Source: Gemmatimonadota bacterium
Lineage (GTDB): Bacteria; Gemmatimonadota; Gemmatimonadetes; Gemmatimonadales; GWC2-71-9
Direction of reading: 5' to 3'
Assembly (NCBI GenBank): GCA_039592335.1
Contig: JBDHBX010000006.1
Coordinates: 51,479-115,478 of the forward strand
DNA length: 64,000 nt
This document shows, piece by piece, positions 1-10,093 of the stretch (its first letter is position 1; each line of letters opens with the position of its first letter). The notes under the pieces are model-generated. The model did no database searches. It was not told the origin of the DNA and saw only the letters and a list, made by a program, of their open reading frames with translations. A program made the translations under genes and the position numbers.

Positions 1-1
1 G

Positions 2-211
2 ATCTTCGTGCGGGGGGACGACGCGCGACTCAAGTTCAGAACGGACGCGGCGCCGAAACTGCTGCGCCTCACGGCCGCCCTCGAGGAGGTGCAGTTCGCG
101 GCCGATGTGCGCCAAACGGTGCCACTGGCCTTGAAGCTTCGCCGGTTGGGCGGGATCGCCGTGGGAGCGGGACTGGTCCGGGCGCTCTCGGCCGCCGTCG
201 GTGAGGAGTGA
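2..211 (+). CDS. mfd: 3' end of a gene entering from the left, probably the transcription-repair coupling factor C-terminus (partial)
   Basis: Frame open from the window edge (IFVRGDDARLKFR...LVRALSAAVGEE); GTGA overlap with the next gene. Resembles the Mfd C-terminus and the mfd-PPIase-surA-pdxA order from recall; no catalytic motif is visible. Confidence 0.5.
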   Translation: MFVRGDDARLKFRTDAAPKLLRLTAALEEVQFAADVRQTVPLALKLRRLGGIAVGAGLVRALSAAVGEE

Positions 212-1641
212 AACGCATGGCGAGCACGTTTGGCAGGGTGGGCGTGGGGGTGGCGGCCTGGTCCGCCGTGCTTCTGCTCGGTTGCGATGCCGGCGGGGGC
301 GATGGAGCGGTAGCGCGCGCCGGCGAGCACGAGCTTTCCACCACGCAGATGGCCGGGTGGTTCGTGATCGGCGAGTCGATCCCGCTGCGGCGCGAGGTGG
401 CTGAGCGCGTGGCGCACCGGTGGGTGGACTACACGCTGTTCGCCGATCGCATCGCAGCCGGCGACTCACTGCTGGATTCCGCCACGGTGCTCGACGCCAT
501 GTGGCCCGAGGTGTACGAGCGGCTCGTGGCGCTGTACCACGAACAGCTGGTCGCCGATCGCATTCCTACCGACTCGGCGGCGATCGACAGCGTGTACGCA
601 GCCGGTGACTACCGCCTGATCTGGCACATCCTCGTGCGCTCGGACCCCAGGACTTCTGCCACCGAGAGGGAAGCGGCGCGCGCGCGCGCGGAGGCGCTGC
701 GGACCAGGCTCGTGGCGGGGGAGCCGTGGGAGGTCGTGAACGCGGAGAACGAGGATCCCGGCGCGCAGCAGCAGGGCGGCAGTCTCGGCGTGATCGCCCG
801 CGGGGTCACCGTGCCGGAGTTCGAGGTCGTGGCGTTCGTGCTGGAGCCGGGCGAGCTCTCCCAGGTCACCGCGTCGCAGTTCGGCTACCACATCATTCGG
901 CGCCCCGGGCTGGAGGAGGTGTGGGCCGAGTTCCGTGATGCGCTCCCGCGCCTTCTGGTCGAACAGATGGACCTGCTGATCGTGGAGGACGTGGAGTCGA
1001 GGTGGAATCTCGAAGCGCGTCCCTCGGCGCCGAGTGTGATGCGCGAAGCCGCCGCCGCGCCACTGCGGGCCATCGACTCCGACGCGGTCATCGCGAGCTA
1101 CCGGGGAGGTCGGTTCACGGCAGCCGACTTCGTGCGGTGGCTGGCGGCACTGCCGCCTCAGATGCAGGGACGCATCGAGGCCGCGGGGGACGACCAGCTG
1201 CAGGAGCTGGCTACCGGTCTCACGCGCAACGAGCTCCTAGTCCGCGAGGCAAGAGAGGCCGGTGTCCAGGTGAGCGGCGAGGAGTATGCGTTGTACCGGG
1301 AGCGGCTGCAGGGCGAGGTCCAGACGGTGCGCACGGTGCTTGGTCTGGACTCGGTGCTGGCCGGTGTCGAGGCGCCCGACGAGCGGCGTGCGCGGGTGGA
1401 CGAGGCCGTGGAGGCCTACATCGTGGCGCTCGTGAGCAGCGGCGGTGACGGCGTCATGGTGCCCGTATTCCTGGCCGGCGCGCTGCGCTCGGACGAGCGC
1501 TGGGATGTGTGGGACCGGGGGCTGGACCAGGCGCTGGAGCGCGCCCAGCTGCTGCGGATGGAGGCGGCGCCGCCGGACTCGGGTGTGATCCCGCCGGGGC
1601 CGGCAAGCGACTCGGTCACGGGTTCGGGAGGTCCAGAGTGA
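208..1641 (+). CDS. PpiC/parvulin-type peptidyl-prolyl isomerase lipoprotein
   Basis: Lipobox LLGC; rotamase motifs HILVR, GGSLG, VPEFE, SQFGYHII. Confidence 0.85.
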   Translation: MKRMASTFGRVGVGVAAWSAVLLLGCDAGGGDGAVARAGEHELSTTQMAGWFVIGESIPLRREVAERVAHRWVDYTLFADRIAAGDSLLDSATVLDAMWPEVYERLVALYHEQLVADRIPTDSAAIDSVYAAGDYRLIWHILVRSDPRTSATEREAARARAEALRTRLVAGEPWEVVNAENEDPGAQQQGGSLGVIARGVTVPEFEVVAFVLEPGELSQVTASQFGYHIIRRPGLEEVWAEFRDALPRLLVEQMDLLIVEDVESRWNLEARPSAPSVMREAAAAPLRAIDSDAVIASYRGGRFTAADFVRWLAALPPQMQGRIEAAGDDQLQELATGLTRNELLVREAREAGVQVSGEEYALYRERLQGEVQTVRTVLGLDSVLAGVEAPDERRARVDEAVEAYIVALVSSGGDGVMVPVFLAGALRSDERWDVWDRGLDQALERAQLLRMEAAPPDSGVIPPGPASDSVTGSGGPE

Positions 1642-2960
1642 GCGCCTCGCGCATCGCATGGTTGGCGTTGGTGCTGTTGCTGGTGCGGCACGCCCCGGCC
1701 GGGGCGCAGGACAGCGCCTTCGTACTCGTGGACCGGGTCGCGGCGGTCGTGGGCGACGTCGTGATTCCCATGACGCGCGTCGAAGAAGAGCTGAACGTGT
1801 TCCGCCAGCAGGGTGGAGAGGTTCCGGCCGACTCCGCCCAACTGCTTGAGTTGAAGCGCGAGCTGCTCGACAACCTCGTGAGCCAGGAGCTGCTGGTCCA
1901 GGCCGCCATGCGCGATACCATGGTGGAGGTCACGGACCAGGACGTGCAGCAGTCGGTCGAGCAGGCCCTGGAGGAGATCCGTGGCCAGTTCGGCTCGGAC
2001 ACCGAGTTCGAGCGCCAGCTGCGCGCCGCCAACTTCGGCTCCCTCGACGAGTACCGCCGGTGGCTCACCGAGCAACAGCGGCGTGAGCTGCTGCGGCGGC
2101 AGTACATGCAGCGACTGCGCGAGCGGGGAGAGCTCGAGCCGCTGCAGCCGACCGAAGAAGAATTGCGCGCCTTCTACGAGCAGACGAAGGCGCAGCAGCA
2201 ACAGCGCCCGGCGACCCTCACGTTCCGGCAGATCGTGATCCGCTCAGAGGCTGACACGGCGGCGCTGTGGGCGGCGTTCCGGCTCGCCGACTCCCTCAAG
2301 GTCGTGCTGCGGGAGGGAGCGGATTTCGACCTGACGGCGCGCCAGTTCTCGGACGACCCCGGCTCGCGGGAGCGCGGCGGGGACCTCGGCTGGGTGCGGC
2401 GCGGGATGCTGGTGACGGAGTTCGAGTCGGTGGCGTTCCGGCTCCGCCCAGGAGTGATCTCGGAGCCGGTGCGCTCGGTGTTCGGGTTCCATATCGTCCG
2501 CGTCGATCGGCGCCAGCCGGGCGAGGTGATGGTGCGCCACATCCTGATCGCCCCGACCATCACCGAGGCCGATCGGGCCCGGGCCCGGGCTACGGCGGAC
2601 TCGGTGCTCCAAGCGCTGCGGGACGGATCGCCCGTCGACTCGTTGACCACGCTGTACCACGACAGGGCCGGGCAGGAACAGGCGCTGGTCGAGGACTTCC
2701 CGCAGGATCGCTTGCCGCCGGAGTACCAGGCCCCGCTCGAGGGGCGACAGCCCGGCGAGTGGTTCGGTCCCATCGTGCTCGACCGGGGTGACGGCCGACC
2801 CAAGTATGCCGTCGTGCTGTTCCAGGACTACCGGCCCGCCGGACCGTTCAGCTACGAGGACCTGCGCGACCGCCTGCGCAGCACCCTGGCCGAGCAGAAC
2901 GCCATGCAGCGGCTGATCCAGGCGCTGCGCGAATCCACCTACATCGAAAGTCGGCTCTGA
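1638..2960 (+). CDS. surA: SurA-like periplasmic chaperone/PPIase
   Basis: GTG at 1638 overlaps the upstream stop; signal peptide; VDRVAAVVG N-terminus; rotamase motifs SDDPGS, GGDLGW, FGFHIV, RHILI; adjacent to pdxA. Confidence 0.85.
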   Translation: MSASRIAWLALVLLLVRHAPAGAQDSAFVLVDRVAAVVGDVVIPMTRVEEELNVFRQQGGEVPADSAQLLELKRELLDNLVSQELLVQAAMRDTMVEVTDQDVQQSVEQALEEIRGQFGSDTEFERQLRAANFGSLDEYRRWLTEQQRRELLRRQYMQRLRERGELEPLQPTEEELRAFYEQTKAQQQQRPATLTFRQIVIRSEADTAALWAAFRLADSLKVVLREGADFDLTARQFSDDPGSRERGGDLGWVRRGMLVTEFESVAFRLRPGVISEPVRSVFGFHIVRVDRRQPGEVMVRHILIAPTITEADRARARATADSVLQALRDGSPVDSLTTLYHDRAGQEQALVEDFPQDRLPPEYQAPLEGRQPGEWFGPIVLDRGDGRPKYAVVLFQDYRPAGPFSYEDLRDRLRSTLAEQNAMQRLIQALRESTYIESRL

Positions 2961-2964
2961 CGCC

Positions 2965-3861
2965 ATGCCGCCGCGCGTCGCGATCACGTTGGGCGATCCG
3001 CGGGGCATCGGACCGGAAGTCGTCAGCAAGACGCTGGCCGATCCGCCAGCGGAGGCGGAGTATGTGGTCATTGGCCCGGATGAGCTCGTGGCTGAGCTGC
3101 CGGCCGACCGACGCATTGGCATCGGGACTCTGGGGAAGGCTACGGTGGAAGGTGCCGGGCGTCTCACCGCCGATGCGGTCCTGAAGGCCGTGGAGCTGGC
3201 GCTCTCCGGCGCTGTGGATGCCATCGTTACGGCGCCGGCGGAGAAGCGTGCCCTGCACGCGGCCGGGTACGAGTACCCGGGGCACACCGAGTGGCTCGCC
3301 GAGCTGGCGGGCGGAGTGGACGTGGTGATGATGCTGGTCGCGGGGAGCCTGCGGGTCGCGCTCGTCACCACGCACATTCCACTCGCCGAGGTGCCCTTAG
3401 CTGTGACCATCGAGCGGGTGCTCAGGGCCGGGCAGATCACGCGCTCCGCCTTGGAGTGCTGGTGGGGCATCGAGGATGCGCGCCTGGCGGTGTGCGCGCT
3501 CAACCCCCACGGTGGCGAGGGGGGGCTGTTCGGCGACGAGGACGACGAAGTGCTCGCGCCGGCGGCGCGGGAGCTGGATGCGACCGGGCCGCTTCCCGCC
3601 GATACGGTCTTCGTGCGCGCCCTGCGCGGGGAGTTCGACGCGGTGCTCACGCCGTATCACGACGTGGGCATGACGGCGGTGAAGGTGGCGGGGTTCGGTG
3701 GCGGCGTGAACGTGACGCTGGGGCTTCCGTTCATCCGCACGGCGCCCGATCACGGGACCGGGTTCGACATCGCAGGGCAGGGCATCGCCGAAGCGGGCTC
3801 GATGCGGGAGGCGGTGCGGTTGGCGGCGGAGTTGGGCGTGCTGAGGCGGGGTGGGGTGTAG
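2965..3861 (+). CDS. pdxA: 4-hydroxythreonine-4-phosphate dehydrogenase
   Basis: TLGDPRGIGPE, GHTE, TTHIPL, LNPHGGE, YHD, NVTLGLPFIRTAPDHGT. Confidence 0.95.
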   Translation: MPPRVAITLGDPRGIGPEVVSKTLADPPAEAEYVVIGPDELVAELPADRRIGIGTLGKATVEGAGRLTADAVLKAVELALSGAVDAIVTAPAEKRALHAAGYEYPGHTEWLAELAGGVDVVMMLVAGSLRVALVTTHIPLAEVPLAVTIERVLRAGQITRSALECWWGIEDARLAVCALNPHGGEGGLFGDEDDEVLAPAARELDATGPLPADTVFVRALRGEFDAVLTPYHDVGMTAVKVAGFGGGVNVTLGLPFIRTAPDHGTGFDIAGQGIAEAGSMREAVRLAAELGVLRRGGV

Positions 3862-3864
3862 CCG

Positions 3865-5190
3865 TCAGGTTGTCTTGTCGCCCTCCTTGACCATGCGCAG
3901 CTTGTCGACGCGCAGCCCCTCCATCTCCAGTACCTCGAACCGCACGTCGCCCACCGTCACGCGGTCACCCACCTGCGGCAACCGGCCCAGCTGCCCGAAG
4001 ACGTACCCACCGATCGTCAGGTAGTCCTCGTGGGAGATCTCGAGGTCGTAGGCCTCGTTCACGTCCTGGATCTCCATGTCGCCGGGGAGGGTGATGCCGT
4101 CTGCGGCGGCTTGGGGGAGCGGCTCCGCCTCGTCGTACTCGTCGTAGATCTCCCCGACGATCTCCTCGAGCAGATCCTCCATTGTGACGATACCGGCGGT
4201 GCCCCCGTACTCGTCGAGCACCACCGCCATCTGTGCCTTGATGCGCTTCATGTCGGCGAGCACGTCCTCCACCTCACGCGTGCCCGGCACGAACATCGGC
4301 TCGCGGACGATCGAGCTGACCGGGTCGCGCTCGCGCTCCGACAGCGCCGCCAGGATCTGCTTCACGTGTACGATTCCCACCAGGTCGTCCAGCGATTCGC
4401 CGTACACCGGATAGCGGGAGCGTCCCACCTGGCGAACCCGCCCCGCAGCCTCGGCAATGGTGAGGTCTGCAGGGAGGCCGACCACCTCGGTGCGGGGGGT
4501 CATCACGTCGCGCGCGTTCTTCTCGGTGAACTCGAAGACGCCCTCGATCATCTCCACGTCCTCGTGGTCGAGGTGGCCCGATTTCTGGCTCTGCCGCAGG
4601 ATCGTCACGATCTCCTGCGGCGAATGCACCGCCTCGAGCTCGTCGGCCGTGGCTTTGACGCCTAGGAGGCGCAGCAGCCGGTTGGCGCTCCAGTTGAGCA
4701 GATTGGTGAGGGGCAGGGTGATCCACGTGAAGAACATGAGCGGTCGCGCCAGCCACCGAGCGGTGGGCTCGGGGAAGGTGATGGCCCAGTTCTTCGGTGC
4801 CAGCTCTCCCACCACGACGTGCAGAAACGACACGATCGACACCGCGACGATGGATGCCACACCCGCGCGGCCCAGGAACGACACCGCCGCCGGCAGCCGC
4901 TCGCCCCAATCGTGGAACAGCACGGCCACGGTATCCTCGGCGACGTAGCCCAGGAGAATCGATGCCAGGGTGATGCCCAGCTGGCAGCTCGAGAGCTGAC
5001 GCTGCAGGTCTTGCTGTGCTGCCTGAACCGCCCGGGCCTTCCGGTCGCCGCTCTGGATCAGTGCCTCGACGCGGGACCGGCGCGCGGCGACGAGGGCGAA
5101 TTCGGACGCTACGAAGAACGCGTTCGCCGCGACGAGGGCCACCACCGCGGCGGCGCGGAGCAGGAGGGATGTTAAGGAGATCTCTTCCAT
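3865..5190 (-). CDS. HlyC/CorC (CNNM) family transporter: DUF21, CBS pair and CorC domain
   Basis: NAFFVASEFALV, QLGIT, GELAPK, VMTPR, DEYGGTAGIVTMEDLLEEIVGEI. Confidence 0.93.
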   Translation of the reverse strand: MEEISLTSLLLRAAAVVALVAANAFFVASEFALVAARRSRVEALIQSGDRKARAVQAAQQDLQRQLSSCQLGITLASILLGYVAEDTVAVLFHDWGERLPAAVSFLGRAGVASIVAVSIVSFLHVVVGELAPKNWAITFPEPTARWLARPLMFFTWITLPLTNLLNWSANRLLRLLGVKATADELEAVHSPQEIVTILRQSQKSGHLDHEDVEMIEGVFEFTEKNARDVMTPRTEVVGLPADLTIAEAAGRVRQVGRSRYPVYGESLDDLVGIVHVKQILAALSERERDPVSSIVREPMFVPGTREVEDVLADMKRIKAQMAVVLDEYGGTAGIVTMEDLLEEIVGEIYDEYDEAEPLPQAAADGITLPGDMEIQDVNEAYDLEISHEDYLTIGGYVFGQLGRLPQVGDRVTVGDVRFEVLEMEGLRVDKLRMVKEGDKTT

Positions 5191-5260
5191 TCGGATCGCT
5201 TAGGGGTAAGGTAAGAGGTCCAGCCGGACGCGCCAATCTGAAGCCAAGGCGGAACCGCTC

Positions 5261-6205
5261 GTGATCAACCCGGTCGACCAGACCCACCCGCCCACCGAGC
5301 GCTCGCTCGACTGCGTAGGCCGCACGCCGGCGCTGTCGGGCCACAAGCGCACGCTCAAGCTGGTGCTGGCCATCACCGCCGGCTTCATGGTGGTGGAATT
5401 CGTGGCCGGGTGGCTGGCCAACTCGCTGGCGTTGCTGGCCGACGCCGGCCACATGCTAACCGACACTGCCGCGCTCGCGTTGGCGCTGTTCGCCGCGTGG
5501 ATCGCGCAGCTCCCCGCGACGCCCGACAAGACCTTCGGCTACCTGCGGTTCGAGATCCTGGCGGCCCTGGTCAACGGCGCGGTGCTCTTCCTGGTGGCCG
5601 GGCTCATCGTGTGGGATGCCGTCGAGCGGTTCGCGGATCCGCCGGAGGTCGAGGCCCGCATCCTGTTCGGCGTCGCGGCGGCCGGTCTGATCGTGAACCT
5701 GATCGGGGCGCGGCTGCTGCACGCGGGGCACAAGGAGTCGCTCAACGTGCGGGGAGCGTACTTGCACGTGCTGGGCGATCTGCTCGGCTCGGTCGGCGCG
5801 CTGGCCGCGGGCGCCATCATCTTGCTCACCGGCTGGATGCTGGCCGATCCCATCATCTCGATCGGCATCGCCCTGCTCATTCTGGTGGGGGCCTGGCGCC
5901 TCATGCGGGAGAGCGTGGACGTGCTGCTGGAGGCCACGCCGCGGCACATCGCGCTGGGAGAGGTGGAGCGGCAGATCGCCACGGTCCCGGGGGTCAAGGA
6001 CGTGCACGACCTGCATGTCTGGACGCTCACGAGCGGCGTCGTGGCCATGAGCGGGCACGCCGTGGTCCCGGAGCCGGGCGATGGACAACGGGTGCTGGAG
6101 GCAGTGCAGGAGCGGCTGGGCGCGCTGGGCATCCATCACGTCACCATCCAGATCGAGCGCAACCAGCTGGATCCGTGCGAGCCCGGCGACGTCACAGAGC
6201 CCTGA
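5261..6205 (+). CDS. Cation diffusion facilitator (CzcD/ZitB-like Zn/Co/Cd exporter)
   Basis: SLALLADAGHMLTD, TFGYLRFEILAA, AYLHVLGDLLGS, VHDLHVW. Confidence 0.95.
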   Translation: MINPVDQTHPPTERSLDCVGRTPALSGHKRTLKLVLAITAGFMVVEFVAGWLANSLALLADAGHMLTDTAALALALFAAWIAQLPATPDKTFGYLRFEILAALVNGAVLFLVAGLIVWDAVERFADPPEVEARILFGVAAAGLIVNLIGARLLHAGHKESLNVRGAYLHVLGDLLGSVGALAAGAIILLTGWMLADPIISIGIALLILVGAWRLMRESVDVLLEATPRHIALGEVERQIATVPGVKDVHDLHVWTLTSGVVAMSGHAVVPEPGDGQRVLEAVQERLGALGIHHVTIQIERNQLDPCEPGDVTEP

Positions 6206-6209
6206 CCCG

Positions 6210-6238
6210 TTGCTTTCCCCACCGGTCCTGTCTATACT
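6210..6238 (+). promoter_or_regulatory. Putative sigma70 promoter of typA
   Basis: TTGCTT-17 nt-TATACT, 52 nt before the TTG start. Confidence 0.55.
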
Positions 6239-6290
6239 GCCCCACCCGATGACACGGTAGTTCGCCACGGCGACACTCGAAGGCTCTCCC

Positions 6291-8174
6291 TTGGACATAC
6301 GAAACATCGCGATTATCGCGCACGTCGATCACGGCAAGACGACGCTCGTGGACCAGATGCTGCGGCAGGCGGGAGTGTTCCGCGCCAACCAGCAAGTGGA
6401 GGAGCGCGTGCTGGACTCCAACCCGCTGGAGCGGGAGCGGGGCATCACGATCCTCTCCAAGAACGCCTCGCTGCGGTGGGATGGGGTCAAGATCAACCTC
6501 GTGGACACCCCGGGACACGCCGATTTCGGGGGCGAGGTCGAGCGCATCCTGCGGATGGTGGACGGCGTGCTGCTGCTGGTCGATGCGGCCGAGGGCCCCA
6601 TGCCGCAGACTCGGTTCGTCACCCGCAAGGCCCTGGCCCTGGGCCTCCACCCGGTCGTCGTGATCAACAAGGTGGACCGGGCCGATGCGCGCCCGGCGGA
6701 AGTACACGACGACGTGCTGGAGCTGTTCATGGAGCTCGAGGCGTCCCACGAGCAGCTCGACGCGCCGTTCATCTACGCCTCGGCCCGGGATGGCCACGCC
6801 ACTACCGAGCTGTCGGCGGTGGCACGACTCGCGTCCGGCGAGGCCGGCTCCGACGATCTGGATCTGCGTCCCCTGTTCGAGGCCATCCTCGGGCACGTGC
6901 CCGCCCCGTCGGGGGATGGGTCCGGCCCGTTCCAGATGCTGATTTCCACCCTCGACTACTCGTCCTATCTCGGCCGCCTGGGCATCGGGCTGGTCGAGCG
7001 GGGCGGAGTGCGGGTGGGGCAGGAGGTGGCGCTGCTGCCGTTGGGAGAGCCGGGAATCGTGGCGGAGGACCAGGCCCGGCCGCGCCGGGTGGTGCGGCTT
7101 TTTGGCTTCGAGGGCCTCGGTCGCGTCGAGCTGGAGGAAGCCCGGGCCGGCGACATCGTGGCGCTTGCCGGCATGGAAGGGGTGGAAATCGGTGCGACGG
7201 TGACAGACCCGGCCCGGCCGGAGCGTTTGGCGGGCATCGCGGTCGAGGAGCCCACGATCTCGGTGGACTTCTTGGTCAACAACTCACCCTTTGCCGGACG
7301 GGTGGGGAAGTACGTCACCAGCCGCCAGCTGCGGGAGCGCCTCTACGGAGAGATGGAGCGCAACGTGGCGCTGCGGGTGGAGGACACCGATAAGCCCGAA
7401 GTGCTGACCGTCTCGGGCCGGGGCGAGCTCCACCTCTCGATCCTGATGGAGACGATGCGGCGTGAGGGCTACGAGTTCCAGGTGAGCCGGCCGCGCGTGA
7501 TCCCCAAGCAAGGGCCAAGCGGGGAGCGCCTAGAGCCGTACGAGGAGCTGGTGGTGGACGTGCCCGAGGAAATGCTCGGCACCGTGATCGAGACGCTGGG
7601 CCCCCGGCGGGGCGACATGCTCGACATGAAGAACCCGGGCAAGAGCCGCGTGCGGATGCGGTTCCGGATGCCGGCCCGGGGGCTGTTCGGCTACCGCTCC
7701 GAGTTCCTCACGGAGACCCGGGGTGAGGGGATCATGCACCACCGGTTCCTGGAGTACGGCCCCTGGGCGGGGCCGCTCGCCGGGCGCAGCCGCGGGGTCC
7801 TTGTGGCGGACCGGGAGGGCGTGGCCGTAGCTTATGCCCTGTGGAACCTGGCGGAGCGGTCCACGCTGTTCGTGGAGCCCGGCGAGGCGGTCTACGAGGG
7901 GATGATCGCGGGCGAGCACGTCAGGGCGGGGGACCTTGACGTGAACGTGACGAAGGGTAAGAAACTAACGAACATGCGGACCACGGCGTCCGACGAGAAC
8001 GTGCAGCTCGAGCCCCCCAGGGAGATCACCCTCGAGCTGGCCCTGGAGTTTATCGAAGACGACGAGCTCATTGAGGTGACACCGGAGACGATCCGGCTGC
8101 GGAAACGCGCCTTGGCGGCCATGGAGCGGAAGAAGGCCGCTCGCCGGGCGCGGGCCGTGAACGGATCTCCCTAG
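6291..8174 (+). CDS. typA: Translational GTPase TypA/BipA
   Basis: IRNIAIIAHVDHGKTT, ERGITI, DTPGHADFGGEVER, GRGELHL, KKLTNMR. Confidence 0.98.
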   Translation: MDIRNIAIIAHVDHGKTTLVDQMLRQAGVFRANQQVEERVLDSNPLERERGITILSKNASLRWDGVKINLVDTPGHADFGGEVERILRMVDGVLLLVDAAEGPMPQTRFVTRKALALGLHPVVVINKVDRADARPAEVHDDVLELFMELEASHEQLDAPFIYASARDGHATTELSAVARLASGEAGSDDLDLRPLFEAILGHVPAPSGDGSGPFQMLISTLDYSSYLGRLGIGLVERGGVRVGQEVALLPLGEPGIVAEDQARPRRVVRLFGFEGLGRVELEEARAGDIVALAGMEGVEIGATVTDPARPERLAGIAVEEPTISVDFLVNNSPFAGRVGKYVTSRQLRERLYGEMERNVALRVEDTDKPEVLTVSGRGELHLSILMETMRREGYEFQVSRPRVIPKQGPSGERLEPYEELVVDVPEEMLGTVIETLGPRRGDMLDMKNPGKSRVRMRFRMPARGLFGYRSEFLTETRGEGIMHHRFLEYGPWAGPLAGRSRGVLVADREGVAVAYALWNLAERSTLFVEPGEAVYEGMIAGEHVRAGDLDVNVTKGKKLTNMRTTASDENVQLEPPREITLELALEFIEDDELIEVTPETIRLRKRALAAMERKKAARRARAVNGSP

Positions 8175-8211
8175 CCAATCTCTACCGTGAGGAGCGCAGG
8201 AGGATCGGACC

Positions 8212-8424
8212 ATGTTGCCGCGGGAGACCTCGTTCCCGCCGCTGAGCGTCGCGCGCCTTGACGACGACGAGGAAGCCCCTGACAGCGGCTACGACGAGTT
8301 CGAAGAGGACGACGAGATCGACGAAGACGAAGAGTACGACGAAGACGAGTACGAGGAGTATGAGGAGGAGTTCGACGAGGCCGATGACTCACGGCCCGTG
8401 CGCCGGCACGGCGATTGGGAGTAA
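8212..8424 (+). CDS. Small, highly acidic hypothetical protein
   Basis: AGGAGG upstream of the ATG; 70 aa dominated by D/E/Y repeats with GC-biased third positions. Confidence 0.65.
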   Translation: MLPRETSFPPLSVARLDDDEEAPDSGYDEFEEDDEIDEDEEYDEDEYEEYEEEFDEADDSRPVRRHGDWE

Positions 8425-8499
8425 CGGGGTCGACGTGTGAGGCAGCGGCCGAGGGTAGAGGCGGGGCCAGTGATCGTCTAGATTTACATCCCCCACTGG

Positions 8500-8573
<74 letters not shown>

Positions 8574-8589
8574 TAGGCGTAAGGTGAGA

Positions 8590-8618
8590 ACCCGTAGTCG
8601 GTTAACCCGGCTGCGGGT
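8590..8618 (+). terminator. Hairpin after tRNA-Ile, possible terminator
   Basis: ACCCGTAGTCGG pairs with CCGGCTGCGGGT (G-U pairs); weak U-tract. Confidence 0.45.
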
Positions 8619-8664
8619 GTTGCGTCGGCGGGCGGTGTAAGGTCGGTGGCGGGCTGGGCGCCCG

Positions 8665-8838
8665 TTAGAATTCGCGCTTCTTCATCTCGGAGAAGAAGTC
8701 GCGTAGCTCAGTGTCCTCGTCGGGCTCCGGGGGCAGCGTCTTGTCGTACTGGCGCCGCTTCTTCTTCTTGGCCTTGGCGGCCTTGGCAGCGTTCTTCTTC
8801 ACTAACGCGGCCAGCTTCCGTTCGTCGCTCTTCGACAT
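8665..8838 (-). CDS. Small Lys-rich hypothetical protein (57 aa)
   Basis: AGGAG RBS before the ATG at 8838; MSKSDERKLAALVKKNAAKAAKAKKKKRR... Confidence 0.6.
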   Translation of the reverse strand: MSKSDERKLAALVKKNAAKAAKAKKKKRRQYDKTLPPEPDEDTELRDFFSEMKKREF

Positions 8839-8957
8839 CGGTGCTCCTAGGAAGGTGCCGGGTGTGGCGCGCCTAACCCACATTGGACTGAATCTAATCT
8901 GCCTGCCCGGCGACATCCGGTCCAGAAGGCTCCGGTGCTCCTAGGCAGCGTGTTCAC

Positions 8958-9755
8958 TCAGCTGGCTAATCCACGCACAGCCCAGGCGCGCGCGAGGAGA
9001 GCGATCGTTCCATCGGCTCGCTTGGGGAGGGCTCGGTCGAGCTCGCTTGCGAGCGCTGTGCGGGCCTCCTCTTCGAGGGAGGCGACGTACGAGGGCGCGG
9101 GGCCCGAGCCGCCGAGGAAGGGCTGCCAATATTCGTTGAAATCGGCGAACTCCGTGTCGATGTCGATCGGGTCGCAGCGGACGCCGCTAAGCCCGGCGTC
9201 GCGAAACAGCCTGTCGAGGGCTTCGGGACGACAGATGGGGAACCGCGTGCCTTCATCGAGCTCCTGGGCGGTCGGATCCATGCTCGAGGCCACATCCCAG
9301 AAATGGCGAAGAAAGTCCATGCGACCCGCGTAGTCCCACACACAGGCAGAGACCGTGCCCCCGCTGCCGGCATTGCGGCGCATCTCTTCGATGGCAAGCT
9401 CGGGCTCGGGGAAGAAATTGAGGGCAAGCGAGGAGGTGACACTTCCGAAGCCGCCTGGGCGGGTTGGAAGCGCCCCGGCTCCAGCGATTAGAAAGGAAGA
9501 ACGCTCGTCCGAATGGCGCTCTCGCGCGTACTGAACGAACGGCTCCGACGGATCGCACCCTACGACGGAGGCTGGATCCGCCATCTTGCAGATCGCATCG
9601 GTGAGCGCACCGGTGCCGCAGCCCACGTCCAACCAGTGAACACCGGCAGGCACCTGCAACCAGGAGACGAACTTCGCTGCAAGCTGGCGGCTCCACCGCC
9701 CCATGAAGTCCTCGTAAGTCCACCCGGCTGCCCATCGGTCACCGGCGTCACCCAT
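8958..9755 (-). CDS. Class I SAM-dependent methyltransferase
   Basis: WLDVGCGTGAL motif I; YEDFMGRWS N-terminus. Confidence 0.9.
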   Translation of the reverse strand: MGDAGDRWAAGWTYEDFMGRWSRQLAAKFVSWLQVPAGVHWLDVGCGTGALTDAICKMADPASVVGCDPSEPFVQYARERHSDERSSFLIAGAGALPTRPGGFGSVTSSLALNFFPEPELAIEEMRRNAGSGGTVSACVWDYAGRMDFLRHFWDVASSMDPTAQELDEGTRFPICRPEALDRLFRDAGLSGVRCDPIDIDTEFADFNEYWQPFLGGSGPAPSYVASLEEEARTALASELDRALPKRADGTIALLARAWAVRGLAS

Positions 9756-9778
9756 TCGTGCCGCCTCTGAGAGATTCC

Positions 9779-10093
9779 CTATCCCGCCTCCAGTTCCACT
9801 ACTTCTGATCCATCCGGGTTGTCCACGACCTCATAGAACGGGTTGCCGTTCTCGTCTTCCACTTCTTCGAAGAAGACCATGTCGAACTGGTAGTAGGTCC
9901 GTCCGTCCTCTTCGATCGTCGTAGTGGCTTCGGGCAACGCGTCGAGTTGGGCGCCGATCTCGGGCTCGCCGTTCACGTATCCCGTGTGACTGTTTTCCTC
10001 GTACTCGACGTACAGATTGAAGTTGACGTAGTAGTAGGTCTCCCCGTCAGCGACGAAGGTCACGGCGTCGCTCGGCATCTCGTCGAGAGTTGC
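9779..10093 (-). pseudogene. 3' remnant of a Tyr/acidic repeat protein (DUF6515-like), no start of its own
   Basis: Protein-like repeats TFVADGETYYY and TIEEDGRTYYQ begin only near 10093; further upstream this frame overlaps the DUF2092 gene out of frame. Confidence 0.5.
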
